Assembly (NCBI GenBank): GCA_947631305.1 | Contig: CANRKV010000001.1 | Location: forward strand, 1 to 47,600 | Reading direction: 5' to 3' | Source: an uncultured Jeotgalicoccus sp. | GTDB lineage: Bacteria > Bacillota > Bacilli > Staphylococcales > Salinicoccaceae | Length of the DNA stretch: 47,600 nt | Shown here: one piece after another, positions 25,830 to 35,384 of the stretch | Numbering within the stretch: position 1 is the stretch's first letter | Layout of the letters: each line of letters begins with the position of its first letter | The notes under the pieces: generated by a model | What the model was told of the DNA's origin: nothing | The model's input: the letters and a program-made list of their open reading frames with translations, nothing else | Databases searched by the model: none | Program-made: the position numbers and the translations under genes

Positions 25830-26660
25830 ATGATGAACAGAAAGTATTGGTTAGTGAGTGTTTTAAGTGCTTTTGTTTTAATGCTGGCAGCATGCGGCAA
25901 TGAGGAAGAAACTGCACAGGAAGATAATGAGATTACAGTTGTCGCACAGACGACACCAATGACGGATGTTGTTGAAATTGCCGCAGAAAATATCGAAGAA
26001 CCCTACACGGTCAAGCTGGTAGAGGTAGCGGATAATATTCAGTACAATGAAGCAGTATTTAACGATGAAGCTGATGCAAGTTTCGCACAGCATGAACCAT
26101 TTATGGAACAATTTAATGAAGAAAGCGATGCAGATTTAGTTGCAATGGAAGAAATTTATAATGCAATTGTCGGTTTCTATTCACCGGTATACGATTCAAT
26201 CGATGAACTGGAAGACGGAGCAGAAGTTGCAATTCCAAGCGATCCGACAAACGAGGCGCGTGCCTTGATGATTCTCGATGAAGCAGGAATTATTACATTA
26301 CCTGAGGATGTTACTTTCGAGGCGTCTGTCGATGATATTGAAGAAAATCCTAAAGACCTTCAGTTTACACATGTTGATCTGCTTAACTTAAGTGCATCTT
26401 ATGAAGACGGTATTCCATTAGTCTTTAATTATCCAACTTACATTGAGCCAATCGGCTTAACACCTGAGGATGCAGTGCTGCTTGAAGAGGATGATGAAAA
26501 TACATTCGCACTCCGTGTTGTTGCACGTGAAGGCAATGCAGATTCCGATAAAATCAAAGCGTTAAATAAAGCATTCACTTCACAGGAAGTTTACGATTTT
26601 CTTGATGAACTTGCAGGGAAGGCACATCTTGAGCCTGCATTTGAACCGGGTGAAGAATAA
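25830..26660 (+). CDS. metQ: MetQ/NlpA family substrate-binding lipoprotein (copy 1)
   Basis: Lipobox LAAC, QYNEA, FAQHEPF, VAIPSDPTNEARAL, IEENPKDLQF. Confidence 0.85.
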   Translation: MMNRKYWLVSVLSAFVLMLAACGNEEETAQEDNEITVVAQTTPMTDVVEIAAENIEEPYTVKLVEVADNIQYNEAVFNDEADASFAQHEPFMEQFNEESDADLVAMEEIYNAIVGFYSPVYDSIDELEDGAEVAIPSDPTNEARALMILDEAGIITLPEDVTFEASVDDIEENPKDLQFTHVDLLNLSASYEDGIPLVFNYPTYIEPIGLTPEDAVLLEEDDENTFALRVVAREGNADSDKIKALNKAFTSQEVYDFLDELAGKAHLEPAFEPGEE

Positions 26661-27490
26661 TGAAGAAACTATTTCCGTTTTTTCTTATACTGACACTCTT
26701 CCTTGCAGCATGCGGAAATGATGAAGAAAGTGCATCATCAGAAGAAGATACACATATCGTTATCGCGTCTCAATCCGAACCGCTGACATCAATGGTTGAA
26801 GCAGCAGCTGAAGTAATTGAAGAACCGTATACGATGGAGCTGCTGCCGGTCAACGACAATATTCAATATAATGAAGCAACATTTAATGATGAAGTTGACG
26901 GCAGTTTAGCTCAGCACGAGCTTTATATGGAAGGCTTTAATGAAGAAGCCGGTGCTGATCTGGTTGCAATTCAGCCGGCTTACATTTCCAATGTTGGATT
27001 TTACTCACCTGTTTACGATTCAATTGATGAGATTGAAACAGGTGCAGAAGTTGCGATTCCGAGTGATCCGCCGAACGAAGCCCGTGCACTGCTGATTTTA
27101 GACAGTGCAGGAATTATTACTCTGGCTGAGGATACAGGAATCGATGCAGCAGTTTCGGATATTGTTGAAAATCCTAAAGATCTTCAGTTCACACCGGTGG
27201 ACCTGTTTAACTTAACAGCAGCATACGAAGATGGTGTTGAGCTGGTATTTGAACACCCGAACTTAATTGCGAATATCGGGCTTTATCCGAAAGATGCAAT
27301 TCTGCTTGAGGATGAAGATGAGAAAAGATTTGCCTTCCAGCTGGTAACGCGTGAAGGCAAAGCAGATAGTGAAAAAATGCAGGCGGCAAAACGCGCGCTG
27401 GCATCTCAGGAAGTTTACGACCTGTTAATGGAAGAAGCTGAACACGAGATGTTTGCACCGGCGTTTGAACCTGGTCAGCCTGCAGAATAA
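26660..27490 (+). CDS. metQ: MetQ/NlpA family substrate-binding lipoprotein (copy 2)
   Basis: Lipobox LAAC, VAIPSDPPNEARAL, VENPKDLQF; tandem paralog of the previous gene. Confidence 0.83.
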   Translation: MKKLFPFFLILTLFLAACGNDEESASSEEDTHIVIASQSEPLTSMVEAAAEVIEEPYTMELLPVNDNIQYNEATFNDEVDGSLAQHELYMEGFNEEAGADLVAIQPAYISNVGFYSPVYDSIDEIETGAEVAIPSDPPNEARALLILDSAGIITLAEDTGIDAAVSDIVENPKDLQFTPVDLFNLTAAYEDGVELVFEHPNLIANIGLYPKDAILLEDEDEKRFAFQLVTREGKADSEKMQAAKRALASQEVYDLLMEEAEHEMFAPAFEPGQPAE

Positions 27491-27500
27491 TTTTAAAAGG

Positions 27501-27538
27501 AAGTACCGAGTTTGACCTCCCTTACTCGGTGCTTTTTT
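27501..27538 (+). terminator. Rho-independent terminator with C-rich loop
   Basis: AAGTACCGAGT-TTGACCTCCCTT-ACTCGGTGCTT-TTTT. Confidence 0.8.
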
Positions 27539-27596
27539 ATTTTGTTCAAATATTGCTATAATTGAGAAAACGCATACATTTCAAGGGGGATTTTGA

Positions 27597-28553
27597 ATGT
27601 CAGTCACAGAAAAGCTTAAGCAATTTAAAGAAGAAATAGGAAAAGTAATTATCGGGCAGGATAAAGTGATCGAACTGGTATTCATCAGTTTAATTCAGGA
27701 AGGGCATATATTATTCGACAGTGTGCCGGGGACAGGGAAAACAGTGCTGTCAAAAGCAGTGGCCGGAACAGTTGACGGGAAGTTTTCCCGGATTCAGTTT
27801 ACACCTGATGTACTGCCGACGGATATTACAGGGATGAATATGTATAATCCGAAAACACAGAGTTTTGATTTAAGAATGGGACCGGTTAATACGAATGTTC
27901 TGCTGGCCGATGAAATAAACAGAGCGACGCCGAGAACGCAGTCGGCGCTGCTTGAAGTGATGGAAGAGCGTCAGGTAACGATTGACGGAGAGAGGGTTGA
28001 ACTGGGTGATTTATTTATCGTGCTGGCAACGCAGAATCCAATTGAATCGAGGCAGGGTACATTTGATTTGCCGGAAGCTCAGATGGACCGTTTTCTAATG
28101 AAGATTACACTGAGTTATCCCGAACGGAATGAAGAACTGATGATGCTGGATATGCACAGAGGGAAAAATGCTGTTACTGTCAATCCGGTGTTTACGCGGG
28201 AAGAAATTATGAAACTCCGCAAACAGGCTGCTGAAATACGTATTAATGATGCAGTGAAAGAATACATAATTGATATAGTGCAGCAGACACGTAATCATAA
28301 GCACACTGCTCTCGGTGTTTCGCCAAGGGGAACGCTTGGTTTAATGCGTGCAGGAATGGGTGTTGCACTGATTAATAATCGTGATTACGTAACACCCGAA
28401 GATATTAAATATGCTGCACCTTATGTGCTGGCACACCGGATAGTACTTAATATAGAGGGACTGACACTCACTACCGGCGAGGCGCTGATTCAGGACATTT
28501 TAAATGATGTGCCTGTGCCGGTGGAATTTGGAGTGAGCCGTGATGAGGTATAA
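27597..28553 (+). CDS. MoxR family AAA+ ATPase
   Basis: VPGTGKT, RIQFTPDVLPTDITG, LLADEINRATPRTQSALLEVMEE, ATQNPIE, LPEAQMDRF. Confidence 0.93.
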   Translation: MSVTEKLKQFKEEIGKVIIGQDKVIELVFISLIQEGHILFDSVPGTGKTVLSKAVAGTVDGKFSRIQFTPDVLPTDITGMNMYNPKTQSFDLRMGPVNTNVLLADEINRATPRTQSALLEVMEERQVTIDGERVELGDLFIVLATQNPIESRQGTFDLPEAQMDRFLMKITLSYPERNEELMMLDMHRGKNAVTVNPVFTREEIMKLRKQAAEIRINDAVKEYIIDIVQQTRNHKHTALGVSPRGTLGLMRAGMGVALINNRDYVTPEDIKYAAPYVLAHRIVLNIEGLTLTTGEALIQDILNDVPVPVEFGVSRDEV

Positions 28554-29751
28554 ATACGACTTCAGTGAAGCGCCTGCGGCGACAATTTTTGGAGTGATTG
28601 CTGCAGTACTTATTATTTTTGATATATTCTATGCTGCGACATTGAATAACTACATCGTATTTATACTCGGTATTATATTATCCGGTATGGTGCTGAACAG
28701 AATTTACGAAAAAAATGTTATGGAAAATCTGAAGGTTGATATTATCAACGATGAGGTCAGGCATTATAAAGGTGAATCCGGAGTGTTAAAAATCCGCATC
28801 GCACAAGGAGGATTGATGCCGGTCTTAAGTGCTGAAATGACAATCACTGCCGGCAATGATATTAAATTTACTAATGACCAGGCGTTAAAGATACGCCAGC
28901 AGACCGAAACCAAGACAGTATTTACAGTACTGCCGAAAAAAGAAACGGTTATTGAAATACCGTATACCGCAGCGAGGCGCGGAGTGAGCTATATCGTTCA
29001 GAGCCGTATAAAGATTCCTCGTATATTCGGTTTCGGAAAAATGGATTTAAAACAAGTTGGTCCGGCAAAACATGAGATTATGATATATCCGGATAAGTTT
29101 GCTGTCCATAATGAACCGATTAAATTCAAAATAGCACAGGGACTGTTTAAAAATAATGAATCGCTGTATAACGATCCGCTTTTAACACTCGGCAACAGAG
29201 ATTATATATATATGGATTCCTTCAGGGATATCAATTGGAAACAGTCAGCAAAAACCGGCCATCTGAAGTCGAAAATTTACGAGAAGACGACTTATACTGA
29301 ATGGCTGATACTTGTTAATCTGCGTTCTGAATCTGTTTTTGCGCCGCCAAAAAATATTGAAACGATATTTGAAAAACTGAGCTTTTTAACAGGAGAGATA
29401 GCGAAAGAAGACATTACGTACAGCCTGATTGCGAATATGAAAACTTTCGACGAGGGCAGTTATTTCAGAATTGATGAGTTAAATGGAATTAAGAGTTACA
29501 GGCCGGTGCTTGAAGCGCTGGCAAAAATTAAGACAGTTACTTTTACGATAGCATTTGAACGTTTTTTAAATCATGTGAGACTGTATGAAAAAGTACCGTC
29601 GCATATTATTTTTACAGGAGAGACTGATGCACTGATTGACAGAGAGCTTGCGTATTTTTTACATCGTGGCATTACTATATACCAGCTGAATGAAAATGGA
29701 CTCGAACGCTATGGGAAAAAATCCGCTGCAGCCAGGGCGGTGACCTCATGA
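28540..29751 (+). CDS. DUF58 domain membrane protein
   Basis: N-terminal TMs, RRG, RDY...DSFRDINWKQSAK; follows moxR. Confidence 0.85.
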   Translation: MMRYKYDFSEAPAATIFGVIAAVLIIFDIFYAATLNNYIVFILGIILSGMVLNRIYEKNVMENLKVDIINDEVRHYKGESGVLKIRIAQGGLMPVLSAEMTITAGNDIKFTNDQALKIRQQTETKTVFTVLPKKETVIEIPYTAARRGVSYIVQSRIKIPRIFGFGKMDLKQVGPAKHEIMIYPDKFAVHNEPIKFKIAQGLFKNNESLYNDPLLTLGNRDYIYMDSFRDINWKQSAKTGHLKSKIYEKTTYTEWLILVNLRSESVFAPPKNIETIFEKLSFLTGEIAKEDITYSLIANMKTFDEGSYFRIDELNGIKSYRPVLEALAKIKTVTFTIAFERFLNHVRLYEKVPSHIIFTGETDALIDRELAYFLHRGITIYQLNENGLERYGKKSAAARAVTS

Positions 29752-30944
29752 ACAGAGTAAAATACCATTCTCAGTTTGTATTCTATTTCACAGTCGAAAT
29801 GTTCGTCCCGGTTTTTATCGGAATACTGATTAATATTCACAATACAGCTTCACATGCGAGTCATGTGCTGCCGCTCTCTATAGTTCTTTTAGTACTGATG
29901 GTGCTGAGTCATATTATCGCGGGGAGATGGCAGTTATCCTATGTGTACTTTCTCGTACCGCTTGGAATATTGCTGTTAATGATTTCCGGATCTTACTGGC
30001 TGACCGCCTTTTTAGTAACGGGTTTTGCAGTATGGACGCTCGAACAGCTGCACGATAATATTAACAATCATTATAACGATAAAATGCTGATGATTATGTT
30101 CGTGCTTCTTATTATAATTAATCTGATTAACTCGCCCGTATTACAGGCGCATCATCTGCTCATTCATTTAACAGCTATAGGCATGTTTGTCTTCTATTTT
30201 TTAGGCAGGATTATCATGCTGATGGCGGGAAGCGGCTACCGGTTTAGTTCAAGGATACAAATATTTATGCTGTCGTCACTTCTATTGCTGGGAGGGGCTG
30301 CATTGTTTACAGTTTTGTATAAGTACGCTGTATTTGCTGTTCAAACAGTATTTATCTTTCTACTAAACGGGTTTATTATGCTGCTGCGACCATTTTTCTC
30401 ATTTTTAGAAACAGTGGAGTTTAAATTCCCTGAAATGGAACAGGAACAGATGGAAGTGAATGAAAGCGGCGATGCAGTAGACGAGTCATTCGAGGGCACA
30501 GCTGCTCTCAGTAATGTGCCCGTAATGACGATTTTTTTAGCACTGCTTGCCGCGGGCATTACGATTTTCCTTATAATGTACTTTAAGAAACGAAGCAGTC
30601 CGGAAAAAGAAAGTTCTGAATCTGCGGCATACAAAACGTTTGTTACAGAAAGCAGTCTTGAAAATTATAAAGAAGACGCGTCAGCGCCGCCGGACAGCAA
30701 AGTAAGAAAACAGTATTATGCTTTTGAGAAATGGCTCGCTAAAAGAAATTTTGGACGTTATCACGGAGAAACAATCGACGAGTGGGTAACGAGAGTCGGA
30801 CTCAATGAAGAAATAGATGAAGATATGCTCGGCCAGTATAAAAAATACCGTTATGACAGCAAAGAATTAACAGCGGAAGAGTTCCATGAATTTAAAGAGA
30901 TGATTAAAGAATTCAAGAAAAAACTTGTAAGTAAAAACAATTAA
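29748..30944 (+). CDS. Multi-TM membrane protein with C-terminal DUF4129-like domain
   Basis: About 8 TM; C-terminal VRKQY...GETIDEW...YKKYRY pattern; third gene of the MoxR operon. Confidence 0.7.
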   Translation: MNRVKYHSQFVFYFTVEMFVPVFIGILINIHNTASHASHVLPLSIVLLVLMVLSHIIAGRWQLSYVYFLVPLGILLLMISGSYWLTAFLVTGFAVWTLEQLHDNINNHYNDKMLMIMFVLLIIINLINSPVLQAHHLLIHLTAIGMFVFYFLGRIIMLMAGSGYRFSSRIQIFMLSSLLLLGGAALFTVLYKYAVFAVQTVFIFLLNGFIMLLRPFFSFLETVEFKFPEMEQEQMEVNESGDAVDESFEGTAALSNVPVMTIFLALLAAGITIFLIMYFKKRSSPEKESSESAAYKTFVTESSLENYKEDASAPPDSKVRKQYYAFEKWLAKRNFGRYHGETIDEWVTRVGLNEEIDEDMLGQYKKYRYDSKELTAEEFHEFKEMIKEFKKKLVSKNN

Positions 30945-30984
30945 TTCAGAAAATTCAGCGTATGGAAACGTAATCATATTTATT

Positions 30985-31017
30985 TATTGTTCGAATTGTC
31001 GTATAATTCGAACAATA
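30985..31017. promoter_or_regulatory. Perfect 13-bp inverted repeat overlapping the -10 box (putative operator)
   Basis: TATTGTTCGAATT-N7-AATTCGAACAATA containing TATAAT (31002-31007). Confidence 0.6.
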
Positions 31018-31037
31018 CCTTAAAAGGGGGAACAAAT

Positions 31038-32189
31038 ATGATTGAAGAACCATTAGTTGCAACCGTCATGCTGTTTGCTTTACTGGCACTTGGTGAAGTG
31101 ATTTCGATTTATTCGAGAGCACGTATACCTATGCTGATGACAGCAATGCTCGGTTTTTTATTATTAACCTGGACAGGGGTATTCCCTGAGAATATTTTAG
31201 AATTATCTACGCTGCCGGCACTTGGTGCATTATTAATCGGGCCGCTGATTATACATATGGGAACTTTGATGCCTTTAAGTATATTGAAAAAACAATGGCG
31301 CGCAGTTGTAATTTCACTGAGCGGACTACTTGGAGCGCTGGCTTTAGTGCTGTTAATCGTACCTGCAGTATTTGACTTTCAAACCGCAGCAAGCGGTGTC
31401 GGTCCGATATCCGGCGGGGTTGTGGCGCTTTTAATTACCACTGAGAAATTGACGGAAATCGGGCTGACAGCAATGATAGTCGTTCCGGTTTTAATCGCAG
31501 CTTTCCAGACACCGATCGGCATGCCGCTAATCGCGTTCTTCTTAAAGCGCTATGCAGGTCACTATGTCAGTACAACTGAAGCGACAGAAGATGAAATTGC
31601 TGCACAAAAAGAAGAAGAAGGACCTGTAAGGTTTAATCTGCTGAAAAATAATATCATCTTATTATTTACAGTGTTTGTACTGGCAGCTGCTGCTACAGTA
31701 TTAAGTGAGTGGACAGGTATTCACTTTACGTTATTCTGTCTGCTGTTTGGTATTTTAATGCTGAATGGAAGATTGTTTCCGCAAGGTGTCCTGGAAAAAT
31801 CAAATTCATTCAGTTTTATGATGGTGGCTCTAATATTTGTCATCATCGGAACGATGGGCGGAATTACACCCCAGGACGTTATTAATAATATACCCGCAGT
31901 AATCTTAATATTAGTCTGCGGTATCGGTGGACTGGCGATCGGCGGGTTTATCGCGTCGAAAGCAGTCGGCTGGCATCCGTTTAAAGGAATGCCGATTGCA
32001 CTTACAGCACTCGTTGGATTCCCGGGAGACTATATTATCTGTGAAGAAGTATCACGCAGTACAACTGATAATCAAGTAGACGAAACACGTGTATTTAATG
32101 AAATTGTGACACCGATGCTGATCGGCGGATTCGTTACCGTAACGGTCGCCTCTGTAGTAGTTGCATCATTTGTAATGGGAATGTTATAA
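31038..32189 (+). CDS. Uncharacterised multi-TM membrane protein, probable secondary transporter
   Basis: About 11-12 hydrophobic segments, Gly-rich GPISGGVVA and GFPG motifs; RBS AAGGGGG before the ATG at 31038. Confidence 0.75.
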   Translation: MIEEPLVATVMLFALLALGEVISIYSRARIPMLMTAMLGFLLLTWTGVFPENILELSTLPALGALLIGPLIIHMGTLMPLSILKKQWRAVVISLSGLLGALALVLLIVPAVFDFQTAASGVGPISGGVVALLITTEKLTEIGLTAMIVVPVLIAAFQTPIGMPLIAFFLKRYAGHYVSTTEATEDEIAAQKEEEGPVRFNLLKNNIILLFTVFVLAAAATVLSEWTGIHFTLFCLLFGILMLNGRLFPQGVLEKSNSFSFMMVALIFVIIGTMGGITPQDVINNIPAVILILVCGIGGLAIGGFIASKAVGWHPFKGMPIALTALVGFPGDYIICEEVSRSTTDNQVDETRVFNEIVTPMLIGGFVTVTVASVVVASFVMGML

Positions 32190-32208
32190 AAAAAGGAGTT
32201 ACTATATA

Positions 32209-33432
32209 ATGAGTAAATTAATCGTAGAAAATATCAATTTAATCGACGGCAGCGGTGCTGACGTTAAAGAAAATGTAACAGTGGTTATCGAGGACGGCAA
32301 GTTCACACATATTGGAAGTGCTGTTGAAACAGACGGTGCCGAAATCATTAATGGACAGGGGAAATACATGCTGCCGGGCATGATCGATACGCATGTGCAT
32401 TTATCGACAGAATTTAAACCGCTGGCAGAACGTGTTGCAACTCCATTTTCATATCACTTTTATGAAGCAGCTCAATATGCTGAAAGAACGATTAACGCAG
32501 GTGTGACGACTGTGAGAGATGCACTTGGAAGTTCACTTGGATTCAAACAGGCAATTAATGACGGCTTAATTGTCGGACCCCGGATGCAGGTTTCTATTAA
32601 TGCTCTGTCGATTACGGGCGGACACGGTGACGGCTATAACTATTCAGGAATTGATCTTGGTCTCGTACGACCGTATGAAGGTATGCCGGACGGTATTGCC
32701 GACGGTGTTGAAGAAGTCCGTAAGAAAACACGTGAATTACTGCGTGCGGGAGCAGATGTGATTAAAGTTATGGCGACGGGCGGCGTTTCAAGTCCGACAG
32801 ACCATCCTAAATTTACACAGTACTCGCTGGACGAATTAAAAGTAATCGTCGAAGAAGCACAGTTTAGAAATGGCGTTAAAGTAATGGCGCATGCCCAAGG
32901 GCTTGAAGGCATTAAAAACTGTGTTGAAGCAGGCATTCATTCGATTGAACATGGCATATATTTAGATGATGAAGTGATTGAGCAGATGAAAGTAAAAGGA
33001 ACTTACTTAGTTCCAACACTGCTGGCGCCGGTATCAGTAATAGAATTTGCTGATGAACTAGGGATTTCCGCAGTAGGACTGCAAAAATCAAAAGAAGTAT
33101 TGGATGACCACAAAGCAAGCTTTAAGAAAGCATATGACGCGGGTGTAAATATTGCGATGGGTACAGATGCCGGGGTATTTAAGCACGGTACGAATTTACG
33201 TGAACTTGAACTCATGGTTGAATCAGGAGCAACACCGATGGACGCAATTGTTATTTCAACTAAAAACGCTGCTGAATGTATGCAGATTGAAGATCTTGGT
33301 CTTGTTAAAGCGGGGTACATTGCAGACTTTATTTTAACTGAAAATAATCCGCTTGAAAATATTGGGCTTCTGAAAAATAACGATGAAATTAAAGTAGTGG
33401 CAAAAGACGGAAAAATACTGAAAAGCATATAA
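32209..33432 (+). CDS. Metal-dependent amidohydrolase (Xaa-Pro dipeptidase/carboxypeptidase-like)
   Basis: PGMIDTHVH, AGVTTVRD, TGGHGD, IKVMATGGV, AHAQG, SIEHG, MGTDAG. Confidence 0.9.
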   Translation: MSKLIVENINLIDGSGADVKENVTVVIEDGKFTHIGSAVETDGAEIINGQGKYMLPGMIDTHVHLSTEFKPLAERVATPFSYHFYEAAQYAERTINAGVTTVRDALGSSLGFKQAINDGLIVGPRMQVSINALSITGGHGDGYNYSGIDLGLVRPYEGMPDGIADGVEEVRKKTRELLRAGADVIKVMATGGVSSPTDHPKFTQYSLDELKVIVEEAQFRNGVKVMAHAQGLEGIKNCVEAGIHSIEHGIYLDDEVIEQMKVKGTYLVPTLLAPVSVIEFADELGISAVGLQKSKEVLDDHKASFKKAYDAGVNIAMGTDAGVFKHGTNLRELELMVESGATPMDAIVISTKNAAECMQIEDLGLVKAGYIADFILTENNPLENIGLLKNNDEIKVVAKDGKILKSI

Positions 33433-33440
33433 TAAAAATT

Positions 33441-33466
33441 AAGCCGTCCGCTGTGACGGCTTTTTT
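33441..33466 (+). terminator. Rho-independent terminator
   Basis: AAGCCGTC-CGCTGT-GACGGCTT-TTTT. Confidence 0.85.
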
Positions 33467-33534
33467 CATGCGTTGAAAGATGTGTTAAAGTAATATAACA
33501 TAGAAAAAGTACAAGCATTCAAAGGGGGATATGC

Positions 33535-34428
33535 ATGAAAATCAGAAAAGCTTTAAAAAATACCCGGTTCGAAAAGATAAGACTATCATTTAACTCAGAG
33601 TTTACAGTGCAGACGTTAATTAACGTTCTGACCATCATCGTAGGATCGTTTCTATTCGCTATCGGTGTTAACAGCTTTATGATTGCAGGAAACCTCGGTG
33701 AAGGCGGCTTCATCGGTCTCTCGATTATTTTATTTTATGCTTACGGAATACCGACAGCATTATCAAACTTAATAATGAACTTCATAATACTTATCGTCGG
33801 CTTTAAATTTTTAGGCAGACGCTCAATGCTTTATACAATATTCACGATTCCAATGACATCATTAGCCCTGTGGATAACGGAATCCTGGCATATACAAACA
33901 GATGAAATTTTAATTAACACAGTATTCGGCGGGCTGTTTATCGGAATGGGTATCGGTCTGATTATCCGTATCGGTTCAACAACAGCCGGGACAACACTGC
34001 TTGCCAAAATGGCAAATAAATTTCTCGACGTCAATGTTTCATATGCGCTGCTGTTCTTCGATTTAATTGTTATTACAATCGGGCTGACAGTAATGTCACT
34101 TGAACAGGTACTCTTAACAGTTATTGCATTATACATCGCAACGAAAGTTATGGACTTCATTATTGAAGGTATGAACCCGAAAAAAGCAGTCACTATTATT
34201 TCAAGAGACCCGGATCTGTTAGCGAACTTAATCAATACGAAAATACACCGTGGTGTTACGATATTAGACGGACACGGCTACTATTCAAAAGAAGAAAAAG
34301 ACATATTATTTGTTGTTATTAATAAATCACAGCTTAACCGTCTGAAACGACTTATTAAAGCGAATGACGATCAGGCATTTGTCGTGGTGCACGATGTAAA
34401 CAGTGTACTGGGAAATTATCTGATTTAA
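33535..34428 (+). CDS. YitT family membrane protein (DUF161/DUF2179)
   Basis: LGEGGFIG, GSTTAGT, C-terminal RGVT...GYYS...DDQAFVVVHDV. Confidence 0.9.
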   Translation: MKIRKALKNTRFEKIRLSFNSEFTVQTLINVLTIIVGSFLFAIGVNSFMIAGNLGEGGFIGLSIILFYAYGIPTALSNLIMNFIILIVGFKFLGRRSMLYTIFTIPMTSLALWITESWHIQTDEILINTVFGGLFIGMGIGLIIRIGSTTAGTTLLAKMANKFLDVNVSYALLFFDLIVITIGLTVMSLEQVLLTVIALYIATKVMDFIIEGMNPKKAVTIISRDPDLLANLINTKIHRGVTILDGHGYYSKEEKDILFVVINKSQLNRLKRLIKANDDQAFVVVHDVNSVLGNYLI

Positions 34429-34435
34429 TATATTT

Positions 34436-34473
34436 AAAAACCGCTGTATCTCAACTGAGATACAGCGGTTTTT
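34436..34473. terminator. Bidirectional terminator
   Basis: AAAAACCGCTGTATCTCA-AC-TGAGATACAGCGGTTTTT. Confidence 0.85.
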
Positions 34474-35243
34474 TATCGTTTAACAGCACTTAAAAGTACA
34501 GCTTCTCCCTGGAACGATTCAATTTGGTTGTCCTGCTCCTCGATTCGGAATTTCCGTTTTACATCTTCACTGGCCTTCAGCATGATATCAGTAAGATTTT
34601 CTACCTCATCATCTGTTAGATGCATGCGGGTGCACCAGTCTTCAAATTCAAAGTGTTTCTCAAAACGGTGCATTTCATGGATTTCAAAGTTTTCCATCTC
34701 AAGCATGTGCAGCCACTCTGTTTTCTTCCAGGCGCGGAAATGACTGTAGTCACGCAGCTTTTCGATTTTATTATAGAAATAATCAAATTCATCTTTTTCA
34801 GGAGCTGCATTGTCATTCAAAAGGAAACGGCCGCCAGGTTTAAGTACACGGGAGACTTCCTTTATAAATTCTTTAATATTTGGGAAGTGGTGGGGTGCAA
34901 TACGGCATGTAACAATATCAAATGTTTCATCGTCAAAAGGCATGTTCTCAGCATCACCTTCAACAAATTCTACATTGGAATGTCCGTTGTCCGTAATGAA
35001 TTTCTCTGCAGAGGCAAGCATTTCCGGTGTGAGGTCGAGAGCAGTTACTTGCTTAACAAGCGGAGCGAGCGCATTCGCTGTATGTCCGCCGCCTGTTGCA
35101 GCATCGAGTGCAAGGTCCGAATTTTCAGCCTGTGCCATTTCTATTAACGTATTCAAATCACCGCCAAGACGGTGTATTTTACTGCTGACGTAAGAATCAG
35201 CACTCCTCGCGAACTGTTTTTTAACATCCTCTTTAATATCCAT
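34473..35243 (-). CDS. Class I SAM-dependent methyltransferase (YcgJ-like)
   Basis: LDAATGGGHTA, DLTPEML, GDAENMPF, CRIAPHHF, LRDYSH. Confidence 0.9.
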   Translation of the reverse strand: MDIKEDVKKQFARSADSYVSSKIHRLGGDLNTLIEMAQAENSDLALDAATGGGHTANALAPLVKQVTALDLTPEMLASAEKFITDNGHSNVEFVEGDAENMPFDDETFDIVTCRIAPHHFPNIKEFIKEVSRVLKPGGRFLLNDNAAPEKDEFDYFYNKIEKLRDYSHFRAWKKTEWLHMLEMENFEIHEMHRFEKHFEFEDWCTRMHLTDDEVENLTDIMLKASEDVKRKFRIEEQDNQIESFQGEAVLLSAVKR

Positions 35244-35384
35244 AAATACCATCCCCTTATCATTTTATGACTGAATAATTAGATATCTATCTTAATTTGA
35301 TTTTATCACTATTAAATAATAAGTAAAATCTATCATTATTATTTAAAGTCATAACTTAAAGTTATTTATTTGCGGAGCGAAAAT

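Noticed and set aside
30985-31017. LexA (SOS) box or PurR box
   Set aside because: The half sites are arranged GTTCG...CGAAC, opposite to LexA CGAAC-N4-GTTCG and to the PurBox pair orientation and spacing.
33003-35193. Long antisense ORFs (33003-33518, 33831-34235, 34620-35147, 34810-35193) and similar shadow ORFs elsewhere
   Set aside because: They lie opposite well-supported genes and show no recognisable motifs; typical codon-bias shadows.
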